NCBI GenBank assembly: GCA_965214705.1
Contig: CBDCCI010000002.1
Span: forward strand, 2,624,001-2,688,000
Length of the DNA: 64,000 bases
Source of the DNA: Alphaproteobacteria bacterium
Lineage (GTDB): Bacteria; Pseudomonadota; Alphaproteobacteria; UBA828
Reading direction: 5' to 3'
In this document: piece by piece, positions 20,118 to 30,081 of the stretch
Layout: each line of letters starts with the position of its first letter
Position numbering within the stretch: the stretch's first letter is position 1
Translations under genes and position numbers: made by a program
Notes under the pieces: model-generated
Seen by the model: the letters and a program-made list of their open reading frames with translations, nothing else
Told to the model about the DNA's origin: nothing
Databases searched by the model: none

Positions 20118-20953
20118 CCACGACAGAAGTCGGCGCCAAGGCCGTCAGGCCGCAGGCCGCGGCAGGCGGAACCGCCCGCGCCGGGCGAGCGAGAGCGAGG
20201 CGGCGTTTCCGCTATGCGCCGGCCATCGGGGCTGGGGTCGGCATGGTGGTTGTCTGGCACCTCATCGTCACCGGGTTCGAGATACCGACCTACATCGCGC
20301 CGAGCCCGTGGCAGGTGCTGGTGGTGTTCGCCAACCAAGGCGACATACTCTGGATCAATTTCCTGCCAACCCTGTTGGAGGCGGTGTGCGGCTTCGCGCT
20401 GGGCAACACCATCGCGGTGCTGCTCGCGGTCTGGTTCGTTCACAGCGGGGTGGCGGAGCGCGCGTTCTATCCCATCGCGGTCTTCATCAACACGATCCCC
20501 ATCATCGCGATCGCGCCGATTCTGGTGTTGATGCTGGGCAACGGCTACGAGCCGAAGATCGTCATCGCGGCGCTGATCTGCTTCTTCCCGACCCTGGTCA
20601 ACATGGTACGCGGTCTCAAGGCGGTGAGCCCGCAGATGCTGGAGCTGATGCGCGTACTCTCTGCCAACGACCGGGAGGTCCTGTTCAAGATCCGGCTGCA
20701 GAGCTCGCTGCCCTTCCTCTTCGCGGCATTGAAGATCGCGTCGACGACCTGCGTCATCGGCGCCATCGTCGGGGAGTGGATCGGCTCCAACTACGGCCTG
20801 GGCTCCCTCATCATCGAGGCCACCTACAACTTCCGCGCCCCCCTGCTCTACGCCACGGTGATCCTGGGCGCGGGGCTCGCGGTGGCCTTCTTCGTGATTA
20901 CGTCACTCGTCGAGCGCCAGGTGCTCAAGTGGAAGCCCGGTGAGGTCTTCTGA
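20114..20953 (+). CDS. ABC permease (TauC/SsuC-like)
   Basis: Hydrophobic helices, IGAIVGEWIGSNYGLG. Confidence 0.9.
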   Translation: MTTTEVGAKAVRPQAAAGGTARAGRARARRRFRYAPAIGAGVGMVVVWHLIVTGFEIPTYIAPSPWQVLVVFANQGDILWINFLPTLLEAVCGFALGNTIAVLLAVWFVHSGVAERAFYPIAVFINTIPIIAIAPILVLMLGNGYEPKIVIAALICFFPTLVNMVRGLKAVSPQMLELMRVLSANDREVLFKIRLQSSLPFLFAALKIASTTCVIGAIVGEWIGSNYGLGSLIIEATYNFRAPLLYATVILGAGLAVAFFVITSLVERQVLKWKPGEVF

Positions 20954-20984
20954 GCCGACTGCGGCGACAGCTGGAGACAAGCGC

Positions 20985-22346
20985 ATGCCATCGTCCGAAA
21001 TCCTGACCCGGCCGGAAACCCGCGTGCCGGTCGTCGCCACCGCCGACGTGGTGGTGGTGGGCGGGGGACCCGCCGGCATCTCGGCGGCTGTCTCCGCCGC
21101 ACGCAACGGCGCGCAGGTGACCCTGGTCGAGCGCTATCCCTACCTCGGCGGCCTCGCCTCCGGCGGCATGGTCCTGGTGCTGGACGACATGCACAACGAT
21201 ACGGAGATCTCCGTGCGCGGCCTCGCCATGGAGATCATCGAGCGCATGCACGCGAAGGGGCTCTGTGTCTACCCGCCGGAGGCTGACCGCGACCCCGCCG
21301 TGCGCATGACCGACGCGATGTGGCGCAAGTGGTCCCGGTGGGGCCTGTTCGACTTCTATGCCAACACCAAGCCCTATCCCATCATCTTCTCCGCCTCCTT
21401 CGACCCCGACGGCTTCAAGCAGGCTTCCCTCGACATGGTGCGGGAAGCTGGCGTCGAACTCAGGCTGCACAGCTGGTTCCAGTCCACGATCGTCGAGGAC
21501 GGCCGCGCGGCCGGCGTCATCGTCGAGACCAAGGAGGGTGCACAGGCCATTCGCGGAAGCATCCTCGTCGATGCCACCGGCGACCTCGACGTGGCCGCCA
21601 GCGCCGGCGCGCCCTTCGCCGATGGCGCCTACATCGTCACCACGGTCTCGCGCATGGGCGGCGTGGACACGGACGAGGCGGAGCGTTTCCAGTTCGAGGA
21701 GCCCGAGCGCTTCGCCGAGATCGATCGGCAGGCTCGGCGCCTGATCGGTGGCTGCTGGCAGCACTGGTGGCTGAAGACCCCGCTCCCCGGTATCGTCTGG
21801 TGCAACTGCCCGCACATGTCGGGCTTTGACGGCCTCAAGGTGGCGGACCTCACGGCGGCCGAGTTCGAAGGCCGGCGCCGCATGCAGGCAGTGCTGGAGT
21901 TCGCCAGGGCGCGTGTGCCGGGCTTCGAGCGCGCCTACTTCGTGGACTTCGCTCCCCAGACCGGGGTGCGCCAGACCCGCCTGCTGGAAGGCGAATACGT
22001 GGTCACCAAGCAGGACGTGAAGGAGCGCGTGCACTTCCACGACAGCGTCTGCCGGGGCCGCGACTACTACACACCCTACCGCGCGCTGCTGCCCCAGGGT
22101 GTGGACCAGCTTCTGGTGGCGGGCCGGCACTATTCGGCGACGTCGCAGGCCCAGAAGATCAGCCGCGAGATCCCGCCCTGCATGGCCATGGGCGAGGCCG
22201 CTGGTATTGCCGCGGCCCAGGCCCTCAATGCCGGTATCCTGGTGCGCGATGTCGATGCGCGCGGCATCCAAAAGCAGATGCGGGCGCAAGGGGCGGACCC
22301 CGGCGACCGGCCGGCCGCGAACGCACTCGTGACGGCGGCCGCCTGA
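20985..22346 (+). CDS. FAD-dependent oxidoreductase (FAD_oxidored family)
   Basis: VVVVGGGPAG, VDATGD, GVRQTR, PYRALLP, MAMGEAAG. Confidence 0.88.
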   Translation: MPSSEILTRPETRVPVVATADVVVVGGGPAGISAAVSAARNGAQVTLVERYPYLGGLASGGMVLVLDDMHNDTEISVRGLAMEIIERMHAKGLCVYPPEADRDPAVRMTDAMWRKWSRWGLFDFYANTKPYPIIFSASFDPDGFKQASLDMVREAGVELRLHSWFQSTIVEDGRAAGVIVETKEGAQAIRGSILVDATGDLDVAASAGAPFADGAYIVTTVSRMGGVDTDEAERFQFEEPERFAEIDRQARRLIGGCWQHWWLKTPLPGIVWCNCPHMSGFDGLKVADLTAAEFEGRRRMQAVLEFARARVPGFERAYFVDFAPQTGVRQTRLLEGEYVVTKQDVKERVHFHDSVCRGRDYYTPYRALLPQGVDQLLVAGRHYSATSQAQKISREIPPCMAMGEAAGIAAAQALNAGILVRDVDARGIQKQMRAQGADPGDRPAANALVTAAA

Positions 22347-23527
22347 TGACCCTCGATACAGGCAAGTCCGGCGACCATCCGCTTCCCCTCGACGGCGTGC
22401 GGGTGCTCGACTTCACCCAGGTGATGATGGGGCCGTGCTGCACCCAGATGCTCGGCGACTACGGCGCCGACGTGATCAAGATCGAGCGAGTCGGCGCCGG
22501 CGATCTCTCGCGCTGGAGCGTGGGCGAGGACCCGGACGGCGGCAACAACCCGGTCTTCGCCAGCCTGAACCGCAACAAGCGCAGCGTCGCGCTCGACCTG
22601 AAGTCGGAAACGGACCGGCAGGCAGCGTTGCAACTGGTGGAGAGCGCGGACGTGGTCGTCAGCAACTTCCGCCCCGGCGTTATGGAGCGCATGGGCTTCG
22701 GCTACGACGAACTGCGCCGCCTCAATCCGCGCATCATCTACGCGGTCGGCACCGGCTTTGGTCCGGAAGGACCCTACGTGCACAAGGGCGGCCAGGATGT
22801 GCTTGCCCAGGCCATGAGCGGCGCGATGCATCGCCGTGCCGACCCGACCTTGCCGCTTTCGATCTATCCCACCGCGCTCGCGGATTACAGCGCCGGCATG
22901 CACCTGGTGCAGGGGATCCTGCTCGCGCTGCTGCAGCGCGAGAGGACCGGGGAGGGCCAGCAAGTCTCGGTCTCGCTCTACAACTCCATGCTGGCGATGC
23001 AGATGCAGGAAGCGGCGATGTGGATGATGCGGGGGCGCGAGCTGAATTGGGCCGCCATGCCGCTCTCCGGCGTGTTCGAGACCACCGACGGCGCCGTCGT
23101 CATGGTGGGTGCGTTCAAGCAGAACCCGCTACGCGACATCTGCCAGGCGCTCGGCATCGACGATCTTTCCGCCGATCCCAAATACGCCACGTTGGAGCAG
23201 CAGACGGTTCACAGGGCGGAACTGCAGGCGGTTTTTCGGTTGGGCTTCGCGGGCAACACCACCGCACACTGGCTGGCGCGGCTCGATGAGGTCGATATCC
23301 TTTGCGCCCCGGTGGTGACTCTGGAAGACGCGTTGGACGCCCCCCAGACCGCCTGCAACCGAATGGTCGTGGAACTCGAACCGACCGCCGGCGGGCCCGT
23401 TCGCCTCGTGGCCTCCCCCATCGAGATGTCGGCGGCGCCGTTCGCGGTGCGGCGCGCGCCGCCCACGCTCGGCGAGCACACCGACGAGGTGCTGGCGCCG
23501 GCACATGCCAGCGAGCACGCGGCGTGA
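22346..23527 (+). CDS. CaiB/BaiF family III CoA-transferase
   Basis: PLDGVRVLDFT, NRNKRS, NFRPG, PPTLGEHT. Confidence 0.93.
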   Translation: MTLDTGKSGDHPLPLDGVRVLDFTQVMMGPCCTQMLGDYGADVIKIERVGAGDLSRWSVGEDPDGGNNPVFASLNRNKRSVALDLKSETDRQAALQLVESADVVVSNFRPGVMERMGFGYDELRRLNPRIIYAVGTGFGPEGPYVHKGGQDVLAQAMSGAMHRRADPTLPLSIYPTALADYSAGMHLVQGILLALLQRERTGEGQQVSVSLYNSMLAMQMQEAAMWMMRGRELNWAAMPLSGVFETTDGAVVMVGAFKQNPLRDICQALGIDDLSADPKYATLEQQTVHRAELQAVFRLGFAGNTTAHWLARLDEVDILCAPVVTLEDALDAPQTACNRMVVELEPTAGGPVRLVASPIEMSAAPFAVRRAPPTLGEHTDEVLAPAHASEHAA

Positions 23528-24291
23528 GCGTCGATTTCAATGTCGCCGACGGCATCGCCCGGGTCACGCTGAACCGCCCGGAGCGCCTGAACGCCATCGA
23601 CTCCGCATCTGCGGCGGCTCTTGACGACATCTGGACCGCGATCGACGCGGACCCGGCGATCCGCTGCGTCGTGCTGACCGGTGCGGGCCGCGCCTTCTGC
23701 GCCGGCGCCGACATGAAGGAAGATGGTCCCGAGGGCTTGGCCTACTGGGCCGGCACCGGCGACCACGGCTTCGGTGGCATCGCGCTCGGCGGCCGCCTGT
23801 CCGTCCCCCTGATCGCCAGGGTTAACGGCCTCGCCCTTGGCGGCGGCTTCGAGATGGTGCTCGGCTGCGACCTCGTCGTCGCCGCCGAGACCGCCTCCTT
23901 CGGCCTGCCCGAGCCGCGGGTTGGCCGCTTGCCGCTCGACGGCATGATCCTCCTGCCCCGCCTGATCCCGCGCGCGCAGGCCTTGGGATTGCTGCTCACC
24001 GGCCGGCGCATGAGCGCGGCAGACGCGCTCGCCTGCGGCCTCATCAATCAGGTCGTGCCGGAAGACGCGCTCGACGGCGCCGTCCAGTCGTGGATCGACG
24101 ACATCGTCGCCTGCGCGCCGCTCAGCCTGAAGGCGATCAAGCGGTCCGTCCACGACACCGGACACCTGACAGTCGCGGAGGCCCGCAACGCCCGCCTGCC
24201 GAGCCTCATCGCAGCGCTGCAGAGCCGGGATGCTCGGGAAGGGGTGCAAGCGTTCAGGGAGAAGCGAGAGCCTGTGTGGAGAGGCGACTGA
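23524..24291 (+). CDS. Enoyl-CoA hydratase/isomerase (crotonase)
   Basis: TLNRPERLNA, FCAGADM, ALGGGFE, FGLPE; GTG start overlaps the previous stop. Confidence 0.92.
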   Translation: MSVDFNVADGIARVTLNRPERLNAIDSASAAALDDIWTAIDADPAIRCVVLTGAGRAFCAGADMKEDGPEGLAYWAGTGDHGFGGIALGGRLSVPLIARVNGLALGGGFEMVLGCDLVVAAETASFGLPEPRVGRLPLDGMILLPRLIPRAQALGLLLTGRRMSAADALACGLINQVVPEDALDGAVQSWIDDIVACAPLSLKAIKRSVHDTGHLTVAEARNARLPSLIAALQSRDAREGVQAFREKREPVWRGD

Positions 24292-24401
24292 CGCGCTCCG
24301 CAAGACGGCCGCTTCTACACGGCCAGCAGTCCGCATTGCCGTCACCTCCGATTTCTTCGATGATTCGCCGTGGAGACGTGGCGAGCGGAACCTGAGAATC
24401 A

Positions 24402-25313
24402 ATGCACGCGGCGGTGTTGCGGTACTTCGAGGCAGTCGCCGAGGACGGCTCGATTCGCCGCGCCTCGGAACGTCTCCATATCTCGCCCTCTGCCGTCAAT
24501 CGGCAGATTCTCAAGCTTGAGGACTACCTCGGCACCCCGCTGTTCGAGCGGCGACCCGATGGGATGCGGCTAACCGATGCCGGGCAGCTGGTGCTATGCC
24601 ATGCACGAGCCACTCTGCACGATTTCGCCCGGCTGCGCGGCGACATCGACAAGCTGCGCGGCGTCGTCAGCGGTGACGTCACCATCACCACCCTGGACAG
24701 TCTGAATGTGCAATTCCTGCCGGAAGCGCTGGCCGAGTTCATTGCCGTCCATCCGGCGGTACAAATCCGGGTGACGGCCTGCGATCCGGTCGAGACCATG
24801 CACGCGGTTACCCAGGGCAACGCGGATCTCGGCCTGACCTTCTCACCGGCCTTGCGTCGTGGAATTGCCGTTCTCAAGGACGTTCCGTGCCCCATGTGCG
24901 CCATCATGGCCCCGGATCACGCGCTGGCGGCGCGCAAGACCGTTTCCTTAGACGAGTGCGGCGCCCACCCGCTGATGTACCAGGATAATTTGGGTTCGAT
25001 GCAACTCTTCTTGGGTGAGGAGATGGAGGCCTTCAAGAACGCGCACAAGCCGGTGGCGATCTCCAACACTCTGGCCGTCCTGAAGCGCCTGCTGCTGCGC
25101 GGTGTCGGCATCGCCTTCTACACGCGCCTGGGCTTCGCCGAGGAGCTGGCCAACGGGCGCCTGGTCGCAGTGCCGCTCGAGGAAGAGCCCCTATCGACCC
25201 TGCGCCTGTGCCTGATTGCACCCTCCGAGCGCAAACCGACTGTCGCAGCTCATGCGATGGCCGAGCACCTGCAGCAGGCCCTGGCCCAATTCGCCGTCGG
25301 CATCGATCCCTGA
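24402..25313 (+). CDS. LysR-family transcriptional regulator
   Basis: LRYFEAVAEDGSIRRASERLHISPSAVNRQILKLEDYLGTPLFER. Confidence 0.95.
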   Translation: MHAAVLRYFEAVAEDGSIRRASERLHISPSAVNRQILKLEDYLGTPLFERRPDGMRLTDAGQLVLCHARATLHDFARLRGDIDKLRGVVSGDVTITTLDSLNVQFLPEALAEFIAVHPAVQIRVTACDPVETMHAVTQGNADLGLTFSPALRRGIAVLKDVPCPMCAIMAPDHALAARKTVSLDECGAHPLMYQDNLGSMQLFLGEEMEAFKNAHKPVAISNTLAVLKRLLLRGVGIAFYTRLGFAEELANGRLVAVPLEEEPLSTLRLCLIAPSERKPTVAAHAMAEHLQQALAQFAVGIDP

Positions 25314-25332
25314 ATCGAGGCGTGACTGTTGT

Positions 25333-25595
25333 TAGAGCATATCCGTGGTTGAGAGAATCAGTTGGAATTCCCATTAGTTAGGGAATGTGATTCAAGCTGG
25401 CTACTGGTGGAGGAGGCCAGCATGGATGACACAGCCCTATTCCAGTGATCTTCGAGAGCGCGTGGTGCAGGCCCATTTGGCGGGCGAGCCGATTCGCCAG
25501 GTGGCTGCGCGCTTCGGTGTCAGCGTCTCATCGGTGCCGAAGTGGGTTGCGCGCTACCGGGCGACGGGGAGTGTGGCGCCGGGCAGGATCAGCGG
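25333..25595 (+). pseudogene. IS630-type left end and truncated orfA
   Basis: TAGAGCAT... end; MTQPYSSDLRERVV...VAARFGVSVSSVPKW...TGSVAP HTH, truncated. Confidence 0.75.
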
Positions 25596-25599
25596 ACGC

Positions 25600-25810
25600 A
25601 ACATGGTGGGAGACGATTTCGCAGTCGTCGCCGGCCGGGACCACCACGACCAAGGCGACGCCGTGATGCCTGGCCAGGGCCGCACCGTCGAGCGCCCGTT
25701 CACGTCCGAAGAACACGCGGCGATGGGCGACACGCCGCTTCTCCCCGGCAACACGACCTTCGGCGTCTGCCTCAATGCCGACGCCTTCTGGCGCAACGTC
25801 CCGGCCCGTC
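25600..25810 (+). pseudogene. Relic resembling the C-terminus of a Type ISP restriction-modification enzyme
   Basis: AVMPGQGRTVERPFTSEE...TTFGVCLNADAFWRNVP, recognised from memory of Type ISP C-terminal domains. Confidence 0.5.
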
Positions 25811-26002
25811 GGAGACAAGGCTCGTGTCTTTGTTGGGCACGACCACCTATCCGAACGAGATGCGGACCTATCCATTTGGTCGACTGACACGCGAGCAGCA
25901 TGCTCCATAGACTCGAGCATCGGGTTGCTACCCGACGGGTTGGCGCGGGCAGGGCGTTGGGGCAACATCGGTGTCCTGAACGCTTGGAGAGCAGACAGAT
26001 AG

Positions 26003-26917
26003 ATGGCGCTTGCTGCCGCCGAGGCGGGGCCGAAGCTCCCGCTGCCGGACCTTCGGCGCTTTTTCGCCGATGCCAAGTTCTACTGGCTGGTGCTGCCGGC
26101 CTTCACCTTCTTCCTGATCTTCTTTGTCATCCCGACCGTCTCGCTGTTCCTGATCTCCTTCGACAAGTCGATCGCGGGCGTGGTCGACATCCAGTGGGAC
26201 TTCACGCTCAAGAACTACATCCGCTTCTTCAACCGCTCGCTCTACTACGAGGCGGCGATACGCTCGATCGGGCTCGCGGCGATCGTCTCGGTGTGCACGC
26301 TGGCGCTGGGCTACCCGCTCGCCTACTTCGTCGCCAAGACCAAGCATCCGGGGCGCAACACCTTCTACATGATCCTCGTGCTGAGCGCGATGCAGCTCGA
26401 CATGGTGATCCGCCTCTTCGGCCTGATGGTGCTGATGGGCGACAACGGGATCATCAACGGCGTCCTGCGCGATATCGGCGCCATCCGCGAGCCGCTGCCG
26501 CTGATGTACAACTTCTTCGGCGCGGTGGTGGGGCTCGTGCAGTTCACCCTGCCCTTCATGGTGCTCTCGCTGATCGGCATCATCCGAAGCATCCACCCGT
26601 CGCTGGAGGAGGCGGCGCGAAGCCTCGGCGCCAACCGCTGGACCACCTTCTGGCGCATCACCTTCCCGCTTAGCATGCCTGGCATCCTCGCCGGCACGCT
26701 GCTGGTCTTCGCGATCTCCATCTCGTCCTACGTGGTGCCGGCGCTGATGGGCGGCTGGAAGGTGATCGTGATGCCGCTTCACATCTATCAGCAGATCGCC
26801 GAGATGGGTAAGTGGCAGTTCGGCGCGACCATCGCGGTGGTGCTCTTTGTCACCAGCATGATCGCGGTCTACGTCTATCAGCGCTTCGCGGCGCGCACCG
26901 CAGGCGGGCGGGCCTGA
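26003..26917 (+). CDS. ABC permease (PotB-like)
   Basis: LGYPLAY, LEEAARSLGA EAA motif. Confidence 0.9.
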   Translation: MALAAAEAGPKLPLPDLRRFFADAKFYWLVLPAFTFFLIFFVIPTVSLFLISFDKSIAGVVDIQWDFTLKNYIRFFNRSLYYEAAIRSIGLAAIVSVCTLALGYPLAYFVAKTKHPGRNTFYMILVLSAMQLDMVIRLFGLMVLMGDNGIINGVLRDIGAIREPLPLMYNFFGAVVGLVQFTLPFMVLSLIGIIRSIHPSLEEAARSLGANRWTTFWRITFPLSMPGILAGTLLVFAISISSYVVPALMGGWKVIVMPLHIYQQIAEMGKWQFGATIAVVLFVTSMIAVYVYQRFAARTAGGRA

Positions 26918-26918
26918 G

Positions 26919-27806
26919 ATGGCAGAGATGGTGACGGATACGGGGCCCGCGCCGCGCGGCGGTGGCTGGAGGCCGTTCGGCCGGCGCAACGGGTCGCGCG
27001 AGGAGCCGGCGGTCGCGCTGCCGCTGCAGATCGGCGCGTGGATCGCCTTCGTCGTGCTCCTGCTTCCCGTCGTCATCGTGGTGCTGGCCGGGCTCAACTC
27101 CGGCGACCATCTGACCTGGCCGCCGGAAGGGCTCTCGCTCCGCTGGATCTTCGCTTTCTTCGAGGCGAGCGAGTTTCTCGACGCCTACGTGTTCAGCCTC
27201 TGGCTCGCCGTGGTGGTCATGGTGATCTCGACCACGCTCGGCACCATGGCGGCGATCTTCCTCACGCGCATGACCTTCCCCGGCCGCAACCTGCTCAGGG
27301 CCTACTTCCTCTCGCCGCTGATCCTGCCGGGGATCGTGCTGGGCCTCGCGCTCTACGTCTTCTACGTCTCCAGCGGCATCGGGCTCTCGCGCACCCTGCC
27401 GGGGCTCATCATCGGCCACGTGCTGGTGACGGCGCCTTACGTGATCGGCACGGTCTCGGCCGCGCTCTTCAACTTCGACATCGCATTGGAAGAGGCCGCC
27501 CGCAGCCTGGGCGCCGGTCCCTGGACGGCATTCCGCAAGGTGACGCTGCCGATCATCGGGCCGGGCGTTGCAGCCGGTGCGATCTTCGCCTTCATCGTGT
27601 CCTTCGGGCAGTTCGACGTGTCGCTCTTCCTGAGCACGCCGAACTATACGCCGCTGCCGATCGCCCTCTATATTTCGCTGCGATACACGTTCGAGCCGAC
27701 GGCGGCGGCGGCGGGCATCTTCGCGATTGCGCTGGTCGTGGTCTCGATGCTGCTCACTTCGCGACTCATCAACATCCGGCGTTTCGCCGGAATCAAGTTC
27801 TCGTAA
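26919..27806 (+). CDS. ABC permease (PotC-like)
   Basis: GLSLRW, LEEAARSLGA, FIVSFGQF. Confidence 0.9.
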   Translation: MAEMVTDTGPAPRGGGWRPFGRRNGSREEPAVALPLQIGAWIAFVVLLLPVVIVVLAGLNSGDHLTWPPEGLSLRWIFAFFEASEFLDAYVFSLWLAVVVMVISTTLGTMAAIFLTRMTFPGRNLLRAYFLSPLILPGIVLGLALYVFYVSSGIGLSRTLPGLIIGHVLVTAPYVIGTVSAALFNFDIALEEAARSLGAGPWTAFRKVTLPIIGPGVAAGAIFAFIVSFGQFDVSLFLSTPNYTPLPIALYISLRYTFEPTAAAAGIFAIALVVVSMLLTSRLINIRRFAGIKFS

Positions 27807-27839
27807 CCGACGATGCAATCGACCAAAGGAGAATGAACG

Positions 27840-28961
27840 ATGACCGCCAAGCGCACTTTCAAGCCGTCGCGCCGCAACGTCCTCAAGGGGCTCGCGGCAG
27901 GCGGCGCGGTAGCGGCCTCGACCAAGTTCGGGCTCTTCAACATCAACCATTCCTGGTCGCAAGACGTGCACTGGGACGGCGAGCCCTTCGATGCGGGCGG
28001 CGCCACCTTCACCCTCGGCGAGTGGGGCGGCTTCTGGGAGGAGTTCGTCCGCGACGCCCAGCTGAACGAGTTCGAGAAGACCTATAACTGCACCATCGCC
28101 TACGATTCCTCGTGGCCCTGGTTCCCGAAGTACGTGGCCGGCGGGCCGGAAGACCCGGCCTTCGACATGTGCAACTGGAACCTGCCCGAGATGATGAAGA
28201 CCGCACGGGCGGGCGACTATTTCCTGCCGATCGACGACATCAAGGCGAACGTACCCAATGCGAACGACTGCTGGGACTTCGCCTTCGGCAACGGCATCGG
28301 CGTGACCTGGGCCTTTGGCCAGTACGCCTACGTGTACAGGACCGACTTGGTGGATCCCGCGCCCGCCGACTTCAAGTCCTTCTGGGAGGACCGCTTCGCC
28401 GGCAATCGCGCCACCTACATCACGTCCAACACCCTGCAGATGGTCTTTTTCATCACCGCCAGCGCCGCCTGGGGCGAGGGGCCGGAAGACCTGGATGCCG
28501 GTTTCGACGCCATGGAGCGGGCCATGCCGATGAAGATCAGCGACTTCACCGGCAACATGCAGACCTTGGTGGAGCGCGGCGAGGTGCACCTCGGCGTTCA
28601 GTGGGAAGGCGAAGTCTACCTGCAGATGGATAAGGGCATCTCCGTCGCCCCCGTCATCTGGGACGCCAAGCCGATCCTGACCCAGACCAAGACCATCAGC
28701 CGCTACGCCGAGCCGATGCAGAAGAAGCTCGGCTATGCGCTGATGAACGAGGCGCTCGACCCCGGCTACCAGTCGAAGGCCGGCTCCATATTTTATCTGC
28801 GGCCGACCAACGGCAAGGCGGAGGTGTCGGAAAACCTCGCGAGCAAGGGCGTTGCCAATACCGCCGGCGCTATGGAGGGGCTCTGGATCCCGGATTGGAA
28901 CTGGTATCTCGACAACGAGGACGACATCGTCGAGACCACCAACGAGATCTTCGGCGGCTAA
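27840..28961 (+). CDS. ABC substrate-binding protein (PotD/F-like), Tat signal
   Basis: SRRNVLK twin-arginine signal; EWGG; lies between the permeases and the ATPase. Confidence 0.82.
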   Translation: MTAKRTFKPSRRNVLKGLAAGGAVAASTKFGLFNINHSWSQDVHWDGEPFDAGGATFTLGEWGGFWEEFVRDAQLNEFEKTYNCTIAYDSSWPWFPKYVAGGPEDPAFDMCNWNLPEMMKTARAGDYFLPIDDIKANVPNANDCWDFAFGNGIGVTWAFGQYAYVYRTDLVDPAPADFKSFWEDRFAGNRATYITSNTLQMVFFITASAAWGEGPEDLDAGFDAMERAMPMKISDFTGNMQTLVERGEVHLGVQWEGEVYLQMDKGISVAPVIWDAKPILTQTKTISRYAEPMQKKLGYALMNEALDPGYQSKAGSIFYLRPTNGKAEVSENLASKGVANTAGAMEGLWIPDWNWYLDNEDDIVETTNEIFGG

Positions 28962-28995
28962 AGCCCTCTTGCCGGTCGGCTGAACGGAACGGCGC

Positions 28996-30066
28996 GTGTC
29001 GGACGTCGAGCTTACGGGCCTGACCAAGCGCTTCGGCGAGACCCTCGCGGTCGACGACGTCTCGCTCCGGGTCGAGGAGGGGGAGTTCTTCTCCCTCCTC
29101 GGGCCGTCCGGCTGTGGCAAGACCACGACGCTCCGCATGATCGCGGGCTTCGTTCGCCCGAACGAGGGGCAGGTCTTCATCGGCGGCGAGGACATGACCC
29201 TGCTCCCGCCGGAGAAGCGGGGGATCGGGATCGTCTTCCAGAACTACGCGATCTTTCCGCACATGACGGTGTTCGACAACATCGCCTTCGGCCTGAAGAT
29301 GCGGAAGGTGCCGAAGCGGGAGATTCGCGGCCGCGTCGGCAAGGCGCTCGAGCAGGTCAACCTCGACGGCTACGAGAGGCGCTACCAGCGCGAGCTTTCC
29401 GGCGGCGAGCAGCAGCGCGTGGCGCTCGCCCGGGTGCTCATCACCGAGCCCAAGATCCTCCTCCTCGATGAGCCGCTCAGCGCGCTCGACAAGAAGCTCC
29501 GGGAGGAAATGAAGTACTGGATCAAGGGGCTGCAGCAGTCGCTCGCCATCACCACCGTCTACGTCACCCACGATCAGGGCGAGGCGCTGACCATGTCCGA
29601 CCGGATCGCGGTGATGAACCGGGCCAAGGTGGTGCAGATCGGCGCACCCGATACGATTTACGAGCATCCGGCCGACCGCTTCGTCACCGACTTCATCGGC
29701 GAATCCAACATCCTCGAAGCACGCGTCGCGGCGGTGGACGGAAGCGAGTGCCGCATCGCCGTGGGCCGGGTCGAGTTCGCCGTGCCCCGCCGCGACGGGA
29801 TCGAGGCCGGCCAGTCGGTCGGCTTCGTGGTGCGGCCGGAGCGTGTGCTCATCGGCTCAGGTGCCGAGGCCATCGACGGTACCAGGCTCACCGCCACCGT
29901 GGTTGACCGTAGCTATCAGGGCGCGATCATCCGCTACCGCATGCAGGTCGAAGGCCAGGAGATCGTGGCGGAGGTGCCCAACCGGCCAGACCAGCCGGAG
30001 CTTGCCGACGGAGTCGAGACAGTGATCGGTTGGACCGTTGCAAGCGGCGAGCTACTGATCGACTGA
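28996..30066 (+). CDS. ABC ATP-binding protein (PotA-like, TOBE domain)
   Basis: GPSGCGKT, LSGGEQQR, LLDEPLSALD, VTHDQ. Confidence 0.93.
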   Translation: MSDVELTGLTKRFGETLAVDDVSLRVEEGEFFSLLGPSGCGKTTTLRMIAGFVRPNEGQVFIGGEDMTLLPPEKRGIGIVFQNYAIFPHMTVFDNIAFGLKMRKVPKREIRGRVGKALEQVNLDGYERRYQRELSGGEQQRVALARVLITEPKILLLDEPLSALDKKLREEMKYWIKGLQQSLAITTVYVTHDQGEALTMSDRIAVMNRAKVVQIGAPDTIYEHPADRFVTDFIGESNILEARVAAVDGSECRIAVGRVEFAVPRRDGIEAGQSVGFVVRPERVLIGSGAEAIDGTRLTATVVDRSYQGAIIRYRMQVEGQEIVAEVPNRPDQPELADGVETVIGWTVASGELLID

Positions 30067-30081
30067 TCCCCGCTTGGCCGC

